This document shows positions 49,400 through 62,719 of a stretch of 64,000 nucleotides of DNA, piece after piece (positions within the stretch are counted from its first letter, which is position 1; the number at the start of each line of letters is the position of its first letter). The stretch is taken from NCBI RefSeq assembly GCF_016433145.1, contig NC_058130.1, positions 40,200,182 through 40,264,181 on the forward strand. The letters run 5' to 3'. This DNA is from Gracilinanus agilis (taxonomy: Eukaryota). The position numbers were made by a program, and so were the translations under genes. The notes below the pieces were generated by a model. It was given only the letters and a program-made list of their open reading frames with translations. It made no database searches and had not been told where the DNA came from.

Positions 49400-52270
49400 G
49401 TGAGATTCTTTAGTATAACATTATTGATTTTGTTTTTTAACTTAAAAAGGTTATATATTTAAATAAATAAAAGAGCAGAATTAATAAGTTTCATGCCTAC
49501 AGGGTTTTTTCAAACAGCAAGGCTACAGTTCTGGCAAGTGGGAAATGCCAAAATTTATGGGTTTTAGGCTTTAATTCACATATATTAAGCATTTATTTAA
49601 AAATAATATATTTTTGTCTTAATATAACAGATACTTCCAAACAGATCTAGAGTTCTATAAAATGATTGAGCAAAACCCTTTTCTAATATGATTGCCAATT
49701 ACCTTGAGTATAACATTAAAGAATTTTTTCTTGCATAATTCCAAATTCTTATCCAGAATTAGAAGCAATTGACTATTCAATGGGCAGTAAGTTAATGAAC
49801 CTATCTTTTTTCCATGTCTTCTACAAGTTTTCCCTTTTTAAAAAATACTACTACTACTTTGAAGTTGGGGAAGTCATACCTTAGGTTTATTTTTATTTTA
49901 ATTTCACTGATTATTCAGTTTTTAGACAATATATTTTTAGAAATGCTTTGGTTTATATGATTTCTTATGAAAACTTTACACCCTTTGTCCATTTGTGTAT
50001 TAGAGAAAGACTTCAGTATTTGATGTTATTTTTTGTTTGTTTTTTTTTGCATTGGTTGCCTATAAATATTGAATCTGATTCTAGTAAGGGCATTTAAAAT
50101 AAAATTTAAAAAAATACAAGTATTTTTCCAATCTGTGCATTTTATAGTTAAAATTGAAAGTGATTTTATTTGTGAAATTTTTTTGAATTTTGCATATCAG
50201 TACTTATTTTTAATTAATCTTCCTTATCACATGCCAGCTTAAAATTTTTTCTCATGAAACTTCCATTTTGAAATTACTTTGGTTTATGTAGTGTCATATA
50301 CATTTTGAAAAGGTTACTTTCTAATTTTTCTGTCAGATCTTGTGTAGGAAAGAGTTTCTTTCACAATGATTTGGAATTTATTGGGTATTATCAGGTTTAT
50401 GAAATACTAGAATATTCTTTTGGGCATATTTCTGATTCTCTGTTAACTAATATGTAGTTCTGATACATTTTCTGATTTATCTAACACTAGACAGTTTTTG
50501 TTTTTTTAATTTTAAACCCTTAACTTCTGGGTATTGACTTATAGGTGGAAGATTGGTAAGGGTAGGCAATGGGGGTCAAGTGACTTGCCCAGGGTCACAC
50601 AGCTGGGAAGTGGCTGAGGCCGGATTTGAACCTAGGACCTCCTGTCTCTAGGCCTGGCTCTCAATCTACTGAGCTACCCAGCTGCCCCCTAGACAGTTTT
50701 GCATATAATAAGAGCCAATGCCACTATCTTCTTTCTTTTTTTTCAGGATATTCCTTGAAATTATTGATTATTTTATACCTTTGAGTCTACTCCCTTCTCA
50801 TGTTGTTGAATTCTTCTTTAGTTCATTAACTTGTGTTTTCGTTATGCTAATATCTCCTTTGATTTTCAAAATATTTATATACTTTTGTTTGTTTTAGTAT
50901 CAATTAATTTATATATTTTTAAAAATAGGATGCCAAGTTACTGTTTTTCACTATTTTCAGTCATAAATTTTTGAAGATTTTTCTTCTTATAAAAAAGGAA
51001 TTTCGTAACTTTGGATATTTGCTTCATTATAATTTTATTTGTATTATTCCCTTGATTGTAATTTTTGTACATTATAGTCTACAAAGAAAAATATAATTTC
51101 TAGTTTCAGCCTTTACATGTGGATTCTTTTTTTCTTAGTACTTGATTAATATGTGCGCATTGCTCAAAAGTAAGTATGTTCATTATGATTAAAATTCAAT
51201 AATTTCCTTGACGATATTTAGTTTTTCCTAAAATTCTATTGGACTCTCTAACTTCTTATTTTTCTTCCTTATATTTGTTTCCTTATGAAAGTGGCACATT
51301 GATGTACTATTATCTATTAAATTTTTTTCTAAATCAGTTAGGTTTTGCTTTAAAAATTTACATATTATTTTCTTTGATACCCACAAAATATCAATAATTT
51401 AATTCTTTACAGGATCTTAAATCATTATGTAGTTGTATTTCCTTTGGTAATATCCATTTATACTCTTGTCATATCTGAATTACTAATACTAATGCTATTT
51501 TCCTGGATTGAATAAAATTATGGTAAATTCTACTATAGATCCCTCTATTTAACTTTATCTGAATTTTGATGTTTAAGTATATTTTCAATGAATACAGAAA
51601 ATAGTTGGGATTTATTTTTTGATTCATTCTTAAACTCTTTTCCCTTTTACTGGCAGGTCCATACCATGTATATACAAAATTATAATCATTTACTGCATTT
51701 TTTCTCTATCAAAAATATTGACTCTCTAGTAAAAATGAAAATGAGGATAACCAGCTTGAGACTTTTGGACTTTATGCTACTGAAAATGAGGTGAGCTTTG
51801 TGTCCTTCCCTCTTCACAAAAAATTTCCCCTCTCTACTAATTGTGATGCTAATTAATCATTGGATCATGCAAGTACACAGCTATGTGTGCATTATACACA
51901 CATGTATTTTGTATGCATGCATACATACATACACAGAGATACATGCATATAAGTATGTTAGTGGTGTTAGCATTTATATGTAATATATAATTAACTTTAA
52001 TTTCTATAAAATTATTTTACTTGAGTTTCCCTTCCACTCACTTTATTCTATTTTGACTTTGACATATTTTGGAGGGTTCTTTCGTTGCTCTGCCCAGATA
52101 AGACAAGTCCATGAATGCTTCTCTTTTTCTCACTCCTTTCCTTACTTGATTTTGACCCAAGTAGATTCTAAGAATCACTAAATCTTTCTTTCCCATCATT
52201 TTATTATCTAGAGAATTTCTTTTTGATTGTCCTAACGAGTGGCATATCTTTCTTTCTTTTTGTGCCTCCC
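49400..52270 (-). pseudogene. Heavily decayed antisense L1 ORF2 fragments
   Basis: T-rich strand bias. The EN N-terminal region is recognisable at about 51450-51700. Confidence 0.6.
50499..50689 (-). mobile_element. Young SINE1_Mdo-type SINE
   Basis: Full length, with TSD tagacagtttt (50488-98 and 50690-700). Confidence 0.95.
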
Positions 52271-52419
52271 CCTAATAACCTATAGTTAGGGCGGAATTAC
52301 TAAGTGACTCAATGATCATTTTTGTGGAGCATCAGCCTCCCCCATAACAGATTTGCAGCAGTGTCCCAGGGTTCCATTACACCCCCCAGCCATCTATGAC
52401 ACATTAAATATCCTTTCTG

Positions 52420-52760
52420 TCAGTCGATTAATCAACAAGCATGTTAATGTAAGATTTACGATGTGCCAGGCACTGTAGTAGACATGGAAGATGAAAAGAA
52501 AGGCAAAAGCACTCTTGCAGCCATTGAGGAGCTCCTATTCGAATGGAGAAATCATATGCAGAGATTTATACGAAGTACGTGGGGGAGTTGTGGTGCCTGA
52601 GATAGATCTCCTACCGAAGGTGGGATCTGAGCTGAGTTTTGAAGGAAGTTAGGGATGCAAAGAGGCAATTTTGGAATTTTGTGAATAATGGGATGACATA
52701 GTTAGATGTTTGCTTTCAGAAAATCACTTTGGTAGCTCAGAAGAGGATGGAATAGGGAGA
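52420..52760 (-). mobile_element. L2 3' fragment
   Basis: 'tgtgccaggcactgtag...gagctcctattcgaatggag...gatctgagctgagttttgaagga'. Confidence 0.65.
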
Positions 52761-52864
52761 AAGCTGATGTAGGGACATGAGGGAATTGTCTGTTTTCATC
52801 ATTAACAGATTGTTTCCTCAGTTATTTCAACACAGACCCCAAAACAAGTTATTTTAATAGTCCA

Positions 52865-52990
52865 TATGAGAATTGCTCTTTGGCTATGGGAGTGGGGTGG
52901 GAGGAGGGGAGGGAAAGAACATGAATCACGTTACCATGGAAAAATATTCTAAAAGTAATTAATTAAAAAGAATTTTTCAGAGCACAAAAA
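52865..52990 (+). mobile_element. L1 extreme 3' end fragment
   Basis: G-rich tract plus 'aacatgaatcacgttaccatggaaaaatattc', homologous to the 28937-29020 antisense copy. Confidence 0.7.
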
Positions 52991-54284
52991 ATAAAAAAAT
53001 ACAATTATAAAAATAGTAATAAGGACCGATAATAGGGTATTGGCTGTATTAATGTAGAGAAGAATATATATATATATATATAAACATATACAAAATAAAA
53101 ATATACATATATGTATATAATGCATATATTTATATATGTGTGCATACATGCACATAGAGACACATATAGACATATATGACAGATATAATGAAAGTACTAA
53201 TGCCAGGTCTTGGCAACAGATCAGATACATGGAGTGGTCAGATAGGAGAGAGGTTATGAGCTTGAGTAAATAGAAGGATCGTGCTACCTTCAGAGTTTTA
53301 GGAAGCTTGACTAGTTTATAATCTTCTCAAAGCAAATTATGGGTGACAAAGCAAATTTCTAAGTTAGAAAAAAAATCCTCTCTTCCTTCTAGCTGTGATT
53401 TATTACTATCAGAAAAGTACCTTTGGACGTCTCCTCTCCCTTGTTGTTCAATGAAATTGTCTCAGCAGTTTTCTAGTGATTATAATGTCTTTTATGTGTG
53501 ATTGGTTGTTCATATCCTTGTAAGCAAAATGCTCTTTCAGCCAGGCATCAAAGGGCGCTGAGCTGCCTGTAAAAATTCTCTGAAGCAGAAAAAAGCAAAC
53601 AAACCCAACAACTGGTATGTCTTCTCTTCCTTGAATCTGATTCACACTCCCAGGTCTTCCTGATTCTCATTACAATCTCCCCAGGTTGATTCCCTCTCTA
53701 ATTCATTATCTCCCTCTTAAAGTTGTTAAGAGCAAAAAATGCTTCATAGGCTTCAGAGCCTATAGAAATGTCAGCCCTAATTATTAATGACTTGTCATTG
53801 TGGTTCTCATCTTTAAAAAACAACAACAACAACAACAAAAACAACCTAATATTTTGTGTGTGCTGCCTCACAATCCCTTTGCTGGCTCTGATCACCATCC
53901 ACTGAATTCTGGGGATGAATGGAAATGTAGAAGAGAATATGGTCCAATCCTCTTATTTTATAGGAGACTCAATTGAGGTCCAGAGTAATGAAACACAGGG
54001 CAAGGAGTGATGAGGTTAGTATGAAAATTCTGAGTTCAAATCCTGACTTTGCTAACTGACTGTGGACAATTCACTTAACCCTTCCCCATCTGCTAAAAGA
54101 AGGGATTGGACAAGATTCCTTGTACATTCTCTTTTATTTGTAAGTTTATAACTCTTTGTAGTTACTTTTCAAAGATCATACAATAAGTAACAGCTGAGAC
54201 TTGAATCATAGTAGTCATAACTGTTGATTAGATGGCACTTGAACATCTGAAAAGTGTATCACTTAAATGATCTCACTTGAAAGG

Positions 54285-54690
54285 CAGTGTGATATAGTGG
54301 AGAAAAGGCTAGCCTCAGAGAAAGAAAGACATGTGTTCAAGTTCTTCCCCTGACACAGAATGACTTTGAGATCCTGGGACAAATCACGTAAAATCTCGCT
54401 GACCGTTGCTACTCAAAAATAGTGCTTCACAAGTTTCTCTTCGGAGAGGCAGACTGGTGTAATGGATAGAGAGCTGAACTGAGAAGTAAGAAGACCTAGT
54501 TTCAAGACTTTCATTTTTGACACATCCTGCTTATATAACACAAGGCAATTCACTTGTCTTGGCAATTCCTACAATCCTACATAATAACTGTTGGCTGTAA
54601 TAACTGCTGGATAATTTTAAATCTCCATTAATGGAGAATTTCTTCACTGAGAGTTCTTCACACCAATGAAATCACAGGTTCAGACAATAA
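54285..54690 (+). mobile_element. Two THER2-type SINEs in tandem
   Basis: Two tRNA-like heads. Tail 'ttcacaccaatgaaatcacagg'. Confidence 0.7.
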
Positions 54691-55026
54691 AAATCAGACC
54701 GAAAATAAAATTTAAGGACCAGGGCCTTATACTCTTTCTAGAATCCTTTTCATAATACCAGTCAACCTTTGCAGAATTGGGGAAAAGTAAGAATCAAAAG
54801 AACTCATCATGTTTTTTGTTTTTTTTTTCTTGAGGTCAATCTCTTTGTGTTATTGAAACCAAGGGAAGATCGTGAGTTTCCCAAGACTCAGGCTCTCCAG
54901 TTTTCCTTCTACTGATGGCATAGGTCTTAGCTTTTTTTCAAGTTCTTGTTACCACTCCACAGGATTTTTCCTAACCATTACATGATGATTCAAAATCACA
55001 CTTCCTCCTTTAGCACCCAGTTAGAA

Positions 55027-55267
55027 CCCAGGTTCTCAAACTTTTGGTCTCAGGACAATTTTGCACTCTTAGAATGTAGCAAGGATTCTCCTTCACCTCT
55101 AATCCCCACCCCAGAATTGTATATGTGTATTATATCTATCAATATTTTCCTTATTAGGAATTCAAATGTCTTAGTAATATTGTTAAAATGCTTTCGACTT
55201 AATGAATCTCTACAAATGAGTCTTAGAGACTCTAAGTTATCCCCCAAACCATACTTGGAAAATTATG
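55027..55267 (+). mobile_element. hAT/Charlie MITE (ancient MER-type)
   Basis: Left end 'ggttctcaaacttttggtctcaggac', decayed right end 'ccatacttggaaaattatg'. Flanks agttagaa/agttcaat. Confidence 0.65.
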
Positions 55268-55412
55268 AGTTCAATAAGAGTTGGACCATGCTCTGGAATC
55301 ACAGACTTCCTGATTGTCTCCTTAGACAAGGGAAGAGAAAGACTTTAGAACTCCCTTGAATAAACCCTTCCTTGGGATATCCTTCAGCATAAGAGTCTCA
55401 ATTACAATTGGA

Positions 55413-55650
55413 CACGGGCTCCTAAACATTTTAGGGAATGAATACCATTGGCAGTCTGGTGAAGCCATAAAGAAACCCTTTCTCAGAATAATATTTTTAA
55501 ATGTGTAAAATTAATTGGATTTACAAGGCAATTATATTGAAATGAAAATTATGCATATGTATGTATATATGTACTTATATACAAACACATGCACACATAC
55601 ATACATACATACACATATGGTCTTTATGGAGCCAAGTTTGAGAACCGCTG
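55413..55650 (+). mobile_element. hAT/Charlie MITE, same family as 563-876
   Basis: 'ggcagtctggtgaagcc...ttctcagaataat'. Right TIR 'tttgagaaccgctg'. TSD caattgga/ccatagga (6/8). Confidence 0.75.
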
Positions 55651-56737
55651 CCATAGGAGATAGAAGGGATCTCAAGAGTCCATCTAATCCATCCCCTTCC
55701 ACATGAAAAAACTGAGAATCAAGGAGGCCCAGGTCACCCAATAAGAATATGAAGGAAGGATTTAAAGGTTGCCAGCCTCTTTTGGTGGATTAGAGGCAAG
55801 TGTCAAAAAGCTGTTCTCTAGTCAAGTCAACACATTGCCCCTCAGGCAGCTCAGCTGTCCATTTTCCTCCCTGCTTCCTCTTCAAGAAGAGCAACAGCTG
55901 GTCCCTAAATTAGACCTTACTCTGCATTAAAGGCAAACATTAGTGCTCTATTCAAATAGAATTGTTTAAATGCAATCTGAATAAAAGCAAGATGACTAAT
56001 ACAGTTGGAAGGAGGTTAGGGGGAGGATGACAACATTCTGAATGACTTCCCAGTAGGCCAGTAGCTCTCTCAAATACTTAGAGCCTTGAAAGTAATAGGT
56101 ATCCTCATTTAGTGGCAGTTATTACCACCTTAAACATTTAGAGTATCTGCGATCGCCTCTCACAGGATTTATGGCTGATTATTACCTCCAGGGGCAGTGA
56201 GTGATCCATTTTAAAGGACTTGTAGAGCATTTGATGGGATAAAAATGAAAGTGGAAAATTGGCAGGGGTGGGAGGAATGCTTAGCTTGCCAGTTCCCTTT
56301 AATCCTCTCCAAGAATGTGGATATTGAAGTATAGTTAATCATGATCTCGCACTTAGGGCTCCACCTGATGTCTCTATTTAGCTTTGTATGTTTTAAAAAT
56401 TATAATCAAACATTCATATCAACTTCATTGCTTCATTTCCTCATAAGCTACTCTACCCATATATTTTTCATTGCTTATTGAAATATAGTAGCTGCAAATG
56501 AAATCTCTTAATTTGCTGTCCATATCCCTTCCTTCTCCTTTCTCTGTATCTGTGAATAAACATGCTCTTGTCACACAGAATCCTAAGGTGTTATGATTAA
56601 TATTGTAAGTCACTAATGTAGAATGATCAGAAATCTTTTAAGAGCTCAATAATAATTGCACTTGTAAAGAATGAGAATGGAAAATTGACCTCAAAAAATC
56701 CAACTCCGTGGGTCTCTTTAAGATTATATGCTATATT

Positions 56738-56937
56738 GGGGAGGTTAGGTGGCTAAATGTTTTGAGAGCCAGAACTAGAGATGAGAGGTCCTGGGTTTGA
56801 ATCTGACCTCAGATACTTCCTACATATGTGGCCCTGGGCATATCGCTTAACCCCAAATGCCTAGCCCTTACTATTCTGCCTTGGAATGAACCCTTAGTAT
56901 TGATTCCAAGATAGAAGGTAAGGGTTTAAAAGAAAAA
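56738..56937 (+). mobile_element. Older SINE1_Mdo-related SINE
   Basis: Head, core and 'gattccaagatagaaggtaagggtttaaaa' tail. Degraded TSD aagattatatg/aagattacatg. Confidence 0.85.
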
Positions 56938-57412
56938 AAGATTACATGTGTAATAGGGGATTTCTTCTAGAAGCAAAAGAAGTAATTATTACCTATCTAT
57001 GAATCAAAAAATTATAAAGAAAATAGTAATGTTGGAATAATAAAAAGAAAAGGTATAATAATTATTATGAAACTAATTATGAGGTTTCTTATTTAGACTA
57101 TTCCATCTCACTAATTGCCCATTTTTGTAATAACTGCTTTGGCTTGATTTCAGTATCAATATTTGCAGACGGGTAACACAAATTATAATGTACATCATCC
57201 TAATACTCCATTTTTCAAAGGTGAAATACTTAAAAAAATTTGAAAGCACTAAGGCTAATTTTAAAATGAAACATATTTATCTTTGGTGTTAGAAAATTAG
57301 ACTTAAAGAGTGTATGATTTGGGGAAATGATTCAGAATTCTAATTGTATCAAATTCTCTTTATTTTGTTAAATCTCAAAATCACTTGATTTTAAATCATC
57401 ATAGGTTCATAG

Positions 57413-58289
57413 TGTTATATTTGTATGAAACAGTGTTTTGAGAAGCTGAAGGGATGGCCAGAAATCAGTAACTTGCTAGACTCACTCCTCTCCCACTAAC
57501 AGGCTTGAGTGAAGAGGGAGGGGCATAAACCAGGTCAGTGCTCCTTTCTCCCCCCTCCCAACAAGCAGTTAGAAATCAGTTGAAAATGGAGGTTTGATCA
57601 GAACTCTTCTGGCAAGGCTAGGCAAGGCAAGTCTCTAATGATGTTGACTTTCTCAACTTATTTTCCCCACAGGTTTGACTAAGGGATAATAGGAGAAGCT
57701 TGATGTCTTATAGTTATCAGGGACAGATGAATCTGAATTGTTTGGGCCAGACAGCTGAAGGAAACTTGGCTGAAGATGGTTGCGAGTATTCCCAAAATAA
57801 TAAACAGGCACTGCTCCCAAAAGATGAAGATTTACTGATAAATGAGGAAGGGAAGTTTTGTCAAGGATTAGGATAAGATCTGGGAAGTCCTGAATCATTA
57901 GGTAGAAACAGCCCCCTCCCCCCAGGAGGGAGAGGCAGTCTTTATAACTATCTTGCCCTCAAAGCCTATAATTAATCACTTCTAATATTTAAATAATTAA
58001 ATGGTAACAATAGTGCTCTTGCTAGAAAGGTCTACTTCAGCTAAATAGGCTAGCAGCAGAGAAGAACCAAAATGGCTTTTGCCACAAGGCCTCCAAAGTG
58101 ATCCAGAACTGGGATCAGCAAGCAGAGTGATCTGCTCAACTCAACCCCCAGGAACCAACTGCCCCTACCTGCCCCTAACTGCCCTCAACTGCCCCTAACC
58201 CAGAGATCTCTTGGGGGGGGGCAGGAATTCTGTGTTGATACTTGACCCTGTATCTTGCAGGAATTCTACCCTGCCATCTCCATGTTACA
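57413..58289. mobile_element. Solo LTR (877 bp), orientation uncertain (probably -)
   Basis: TGT...ACA termini with a 4-bp TSD ATAG (57409-12 and 58290-93). GC-richer than the flanks. Confidence 0.7.
58157..58201. repeat. Four-copy 10-bp tandem repeat (AACTGCCCCT) inside the LTR
   Basis: Directly visible. Confidence 0.9.
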
Positions 58290-59079
58290 ATAGGCTCAGA
58301 GTTAAATGATTATTTGCATGTACATACGATTGCATTTTTAAATTTTGTTCATCATCTATGTTGACAAAATTGAAAAATGAAATCTGACATTATATAAAAT
58401 AATTTTATTGCTTTCATGTTAATAATTTTTATATCAGGCCATTTTTGGTTTAGATGGTTTTCTATATATTAAATGTTGACAGAATTTTGGAAAGATTAAT
58501 GTTGTATCCTCATAATATTGAGCCAGATATAAGGACATTTGGGTTCCATTTCCATCCAGTTCTTTATATAAATAGCTGTGTGGATAAGGTCTAGATGTAT
58601 GATATTACTGGTACTGAGAAATTCTACTTATGCAGCCAGGAACCCCCACAACTTGTAGTGTCAGAGGGTTGCCAAAATCATTGAGAGGTTAAGTGAATTT
58701 CCTACTTTCACACAGTCTGAATGTAATAGAGAGAACATCGTCCTGGCTTCAGGATTATCTATCTCTCCACTACACACACTGCCTCTCTACTGAAGGGACC
58801 TCACACAGCTGTGTGACTGGCCAAATCAGAAAGTCTCTGGAATTTCCTTAGTTTCCACATTACAAAATGACAGATTTGGCAGAGAAATTTGTATGGTCCC
58901 TTTCAGTGTTAACAATATATGATATGATGAGTGTTTGTGAAAGCTTGAAAAGAAGCTTTTACTTTAGTTTCTCATCCTGATTTTGATATAACTGATTTTT
59001 TCAAAAATTATATCAGTGGGGTATAGTCTCTAGCAATTCCTAAAACTGCCTTCATCTCTGTTTCTTTCTCTTTTCCTGG

Positions 59080-59340
59080 TCTTCCTTCAATTAAAATCCC
59101 ACCTTCTACAAAGAAGCCTTTTCCCACCTACTTAGTGCTAGTAACTTTCTCTCTGTTAATTATCTCTAGTTAATGATGTCTATATCTTGTTTTTATATAG
59201 TTGCTTGCAAGTTTTCTCCTCTAGTAGACCAGCAGGCTCCTTGAGGGCAAAGATGGTTTGCATTTCTTTCCATTCTCTGTTCTTGTCCCAGTCCTCAGCT
59301 TGTAGTAAGTGATAAATAAATGTGCCTTCATTTGACTTGA
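59080..59340 (+). mobile_element. L2 3' tail
   Basis: 'ctagtagaccagcaggctccttgagggcaaag...aaataaatgtg...gacttgac'. Confidence 0.7.
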
Positions 59341-59984
59341 CTTTGAAGAAGGGACTGACAAGGTACTACTCTAAGGTGTAACCCAGCTAAAATTCTCTAT
59401 ATTCATCAATTGGAAGTTGGTGATTTTCCACACAGCGTAATGGTTTTCTTTTGGCCACAATTCAAGAAGACAACTTACTAAGTTAAATAGAGAGTGAATG
59501 GAGAGAATATTCATTCTGAGGAAATCATGGTTCCTTTGCAGTAAAAACAACAACAAAAAAAAACCAGAACAGGAAGTGAATAATTGTAGAATCTATGCTT
59601 TCTTTTTTAAACATTTGGATTCATTATCAACATCAGAAACTCAGCCTAATTGCATAACATTCAGGAATGTGCTGGTAAATATTTAACAACCACATCTCTT
59701 GGGGTAGAAAATAAGCATACACACTTTTAAATTTATTCTGCATCATCAACATGTTCTTAAGTCTAGACAATAATCAAAACAATATATAAGCTCTGATTAG
59801 TTGATTGAAAATTACTGAGGTATAAATATTCACTCTGAAAATTTAACAATTGGCTTTCCCAAGAAACTCAAGCACACAGTTGACATCTCTCTCCTGGCAA
59901 GCCTATGGAGAAATCTTTGGGCCAGGTTTAAACTTCTAGAGGAATGAAATAGTTCGACATAAAGAGAAATTGAGAGACAGTGTG

Positions 59985-60200
59985 CCAAGATAATTAGAGA
60001 TCTGGCCTTGGAGTCAGAAAGACCTGAGGTCATGTCCCACCTCTATCACATGCTGGTAGTGGGACTGTGGGCAGTTCATTTATCCCCTCAATAGCTCTTT
60101 GTGACTATAAGTTGTGGAGCAGGTATTGATCTTGAACAGTGAAGAAAGTTGTCTTACTGTGAGTTCTCTATTCCAATATAATCAGATGTCTAGGACTTAA
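59985..60200 (+). mobile_element. THER2-type SINE
   Basis: 'ttggagtcagaaagacctgagg...gtgagttctctattccaatataatcag'. Confidence 0.7.
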
Positions 60201-60789
60201 AACTAAAAAAGAGTAATCCTAAAAAACTAGGCATTGTATTGTTTCCTCCTCTGCTTAATTCACCAAGTGATTGAAAAAGCTATAAAAGCATTCTAAGGAA
60301 TTTTAGAATACTAAATTTCCTTCCAGCTTTGCCTAATTAAAAAAAAAATTAGAGGATCTTAGAGACATTGACTCTAACTTCTCTATTTTACAGATTTGGA
60401 AACGGAGGACAAGAAAGATAAAGTAAATTGCTCATTGATATCCAGTAAAAGTTTCAGAGTTCATATTGGAATTCAGGTTTCCTGATTCTGAGGCCAGTGC
60501 TTTATATGTCTGCTGAGAATGTTTCCTGTTTTATGAGAAGGCATGAAAGGTTCCCTTAGTGGGTCAGTCACTTAAATAAGTCTAGGCCAACTTCTTATTA
60601 AATATATCTCAGGAATGAACACACACACACACACACCCAGAGATCTATCTATATGTGCAATAGGTAATATAAATCCAAATTTATATGTTGATGTATATGG
60701 GCATATCTAATAAAAACATGCATATAAAATAAGGGGGGCTATGTGTGTAAGTGTATGGGTATTCCATGCCTTAATTAACTGATGTTAGG

Positions 60790-61310
60790 CAGGCAGGTAA
60801 GTAGTGCAGTAGATAGAGCTCTAGTCTGGAGTCAGGAAGATTTAGTTCAAATCCAGCTTCAGACACATTCTAATTGTGTGACCCTGGGCAAGTCACTTAA
60901 ACCTCTGTTTGCTTCACTTCCGACATTTGTGGAATGGTAATAATAACAGCACTTACCTCCCTAGGTTGTTGTGAAGATCAAATGAGATAAGAAGTATAAA
61001 GCTGTATAGTTGGAAAATCTTGAACCCCTAAAAACTACATTACCCAAACTTCCTTTCTGTATTACCTAGAATGCTTCTCCCTTTGCCCACCTTTGCGTGG
61101 TCACATTTGTATAAGTTCTGAGGCTCCACCTCATTCTTCCTCTCTTGCTCTGGAGAGTGGGCTGAATAGCTAGGTTTCTTACTTGAGTTATTATTAATAA
61201 AACTTTATTAAATATAATAGTTATTGTATATTAATTTTAAAATCCACAAAGCACTTACCACGGTGCCTTACCGTACACAGTACACATTATATAAACACTA
61301 GCTACAATTA
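60790..61310 (+). mobile_element. MIR/CORE-SINE interrupted by a solo LTR
   Basis: Core 'tgtgaccctgggcaagtcacttaa'. The tail is split at 'aaagc|...|aagcactta'. Confidence 0.85.
61003..61248 (+). mobile_element. Short solo LTR (246 bp)
   Basis: TG...CA ends, perfect 4-bp TSD AAGC, AATAAA at 61196. Removing it restores the MIR tail. Confidence 0.85.
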
Positions 61311-61482
61311 TTACAGTCTTCCTTGTCTTCAGAGCAACAAAGTGACCTCCAGAATTGTATCGCAGGAAACATGCTTTCTCATGCGAGATTATATTCATTT
61401 AATTATTCAATCCTCTGGTTGGATGACCAGCCTGAATCATTTTGAGTTAAAGTATCATCTGTTCTCTAAATCCCTGGTTTAG

Positions 61483-61523
61483 ATGTGTGTGTGTGTGTGT
61501 GTGTGTGTGTTTGTGTGTGTGTG
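61483..61523. repeat. (TG)n microsatellite
   Basis: Directly visible. Confidence 0.95.
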
Positions 61524-61949
61524 CATTACTTTCCAGGAAAACAACACCATCAAGGAGATGAAGAATTCCCATTGCCTAGCACAATTCTTGCACTTAGATG
61601 AACAACTCAAGGATCAGGTTCACAGGTTCTCACTGGCAGACGCTGGATGGGCACAGACCAAAGCCATACTTTATTCCCTTCTCAGCTCCACTTTTGGCCC
61701 TCTAGACTTCCCCAATGCACCCCTATATGTGTGGGCACCTATTTCTCTCCATTTCCTCCTTTTCTGCTTCCTGTGATGTAGGACCTTTACATTCCCATGT
61801 AAATTCCTTGAAGACAGGGGCTATTTTTCTTGTTGTGTATGTTTCTTTCCCAAGCACTTAGCACAATGCCTAGCACATAGTGAGTGCTTAATAAATGCTT
61901 GTTGCTGGCCAGCCTGGAATTGAAGAGGAACAGAGAAAAATCTTGGATA

Positions 61950-62330
61950 ATTTCAAGTTTTCCTTAATAACTCCATGCTTCTCCCTGGAACATAGTTTTA
62001 AATAGCAATAAAATGATGTTGTGTAGCCATGAATTATGGGAACACAAGAGACTCCAAAAATTTAAAGTGAAGGCTCACCAAAAGGACAATGGGAGAAAGC
62101 ATATAATTGGCATAAAGGAGACAAGAAACTTTAAAAATGAGGGAAAATCATAAAAACAAGCAAAATAATATGGGTTGGTCACATGGAAAGATTGAAGGAA
62201 AAGTGGTGGCCAAGGGTCCAGTACATTGGATGGCCATCTGTTGGAGGTTTGCAAGAGGGCAAGGATAATAGTCCTACCGAATAAGAAGGCATGAATGGAG
62301 GCAGGTCTGTCTTGGAGAGAGTTTTCACTT
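61950..62330 (+). mobile_element. RTE LINE 3' RT fragment
   Basis: Degenerate RTE C-terminal motifs (TxRxMxxxIIG...WVGHM). Confidence 0.6.
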
Positions 62331-62661
62331 TAGTGAGATCATGGATGCATCTAAGTATTGATGTGAGTACCTGTTATTTTCTGACATTTCCAATATTGAT
62401 TTCTAAAAAGTGTATAACTTCAATCTTCAATAGAAAGTATACATAACCTTAATGGTAGACAATGAGACCCTTAGTGAGGGTTTTAGCTAACATTTTATAT
62501 AGCACAATGGCTTAAAAAACACTTTGCTTTTAAATTATTTAATTTTATCTTCACAACACCCAGTAATAGCATCTAACTTTCAGGGTTAGAGTTAGGACAA
62601 AATGAGCCAATATTTGTAAAGCAATTTAGAAATCTTAAAGCACTACCTTAGTTCTACCTGT

Positions 62662-62719
<58 letters not shown>
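62662..62719. repeat. (ATC)n microsatellite between MIR tails
   Basis: Directly visible, about 19 units. Confidence 0.95.
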
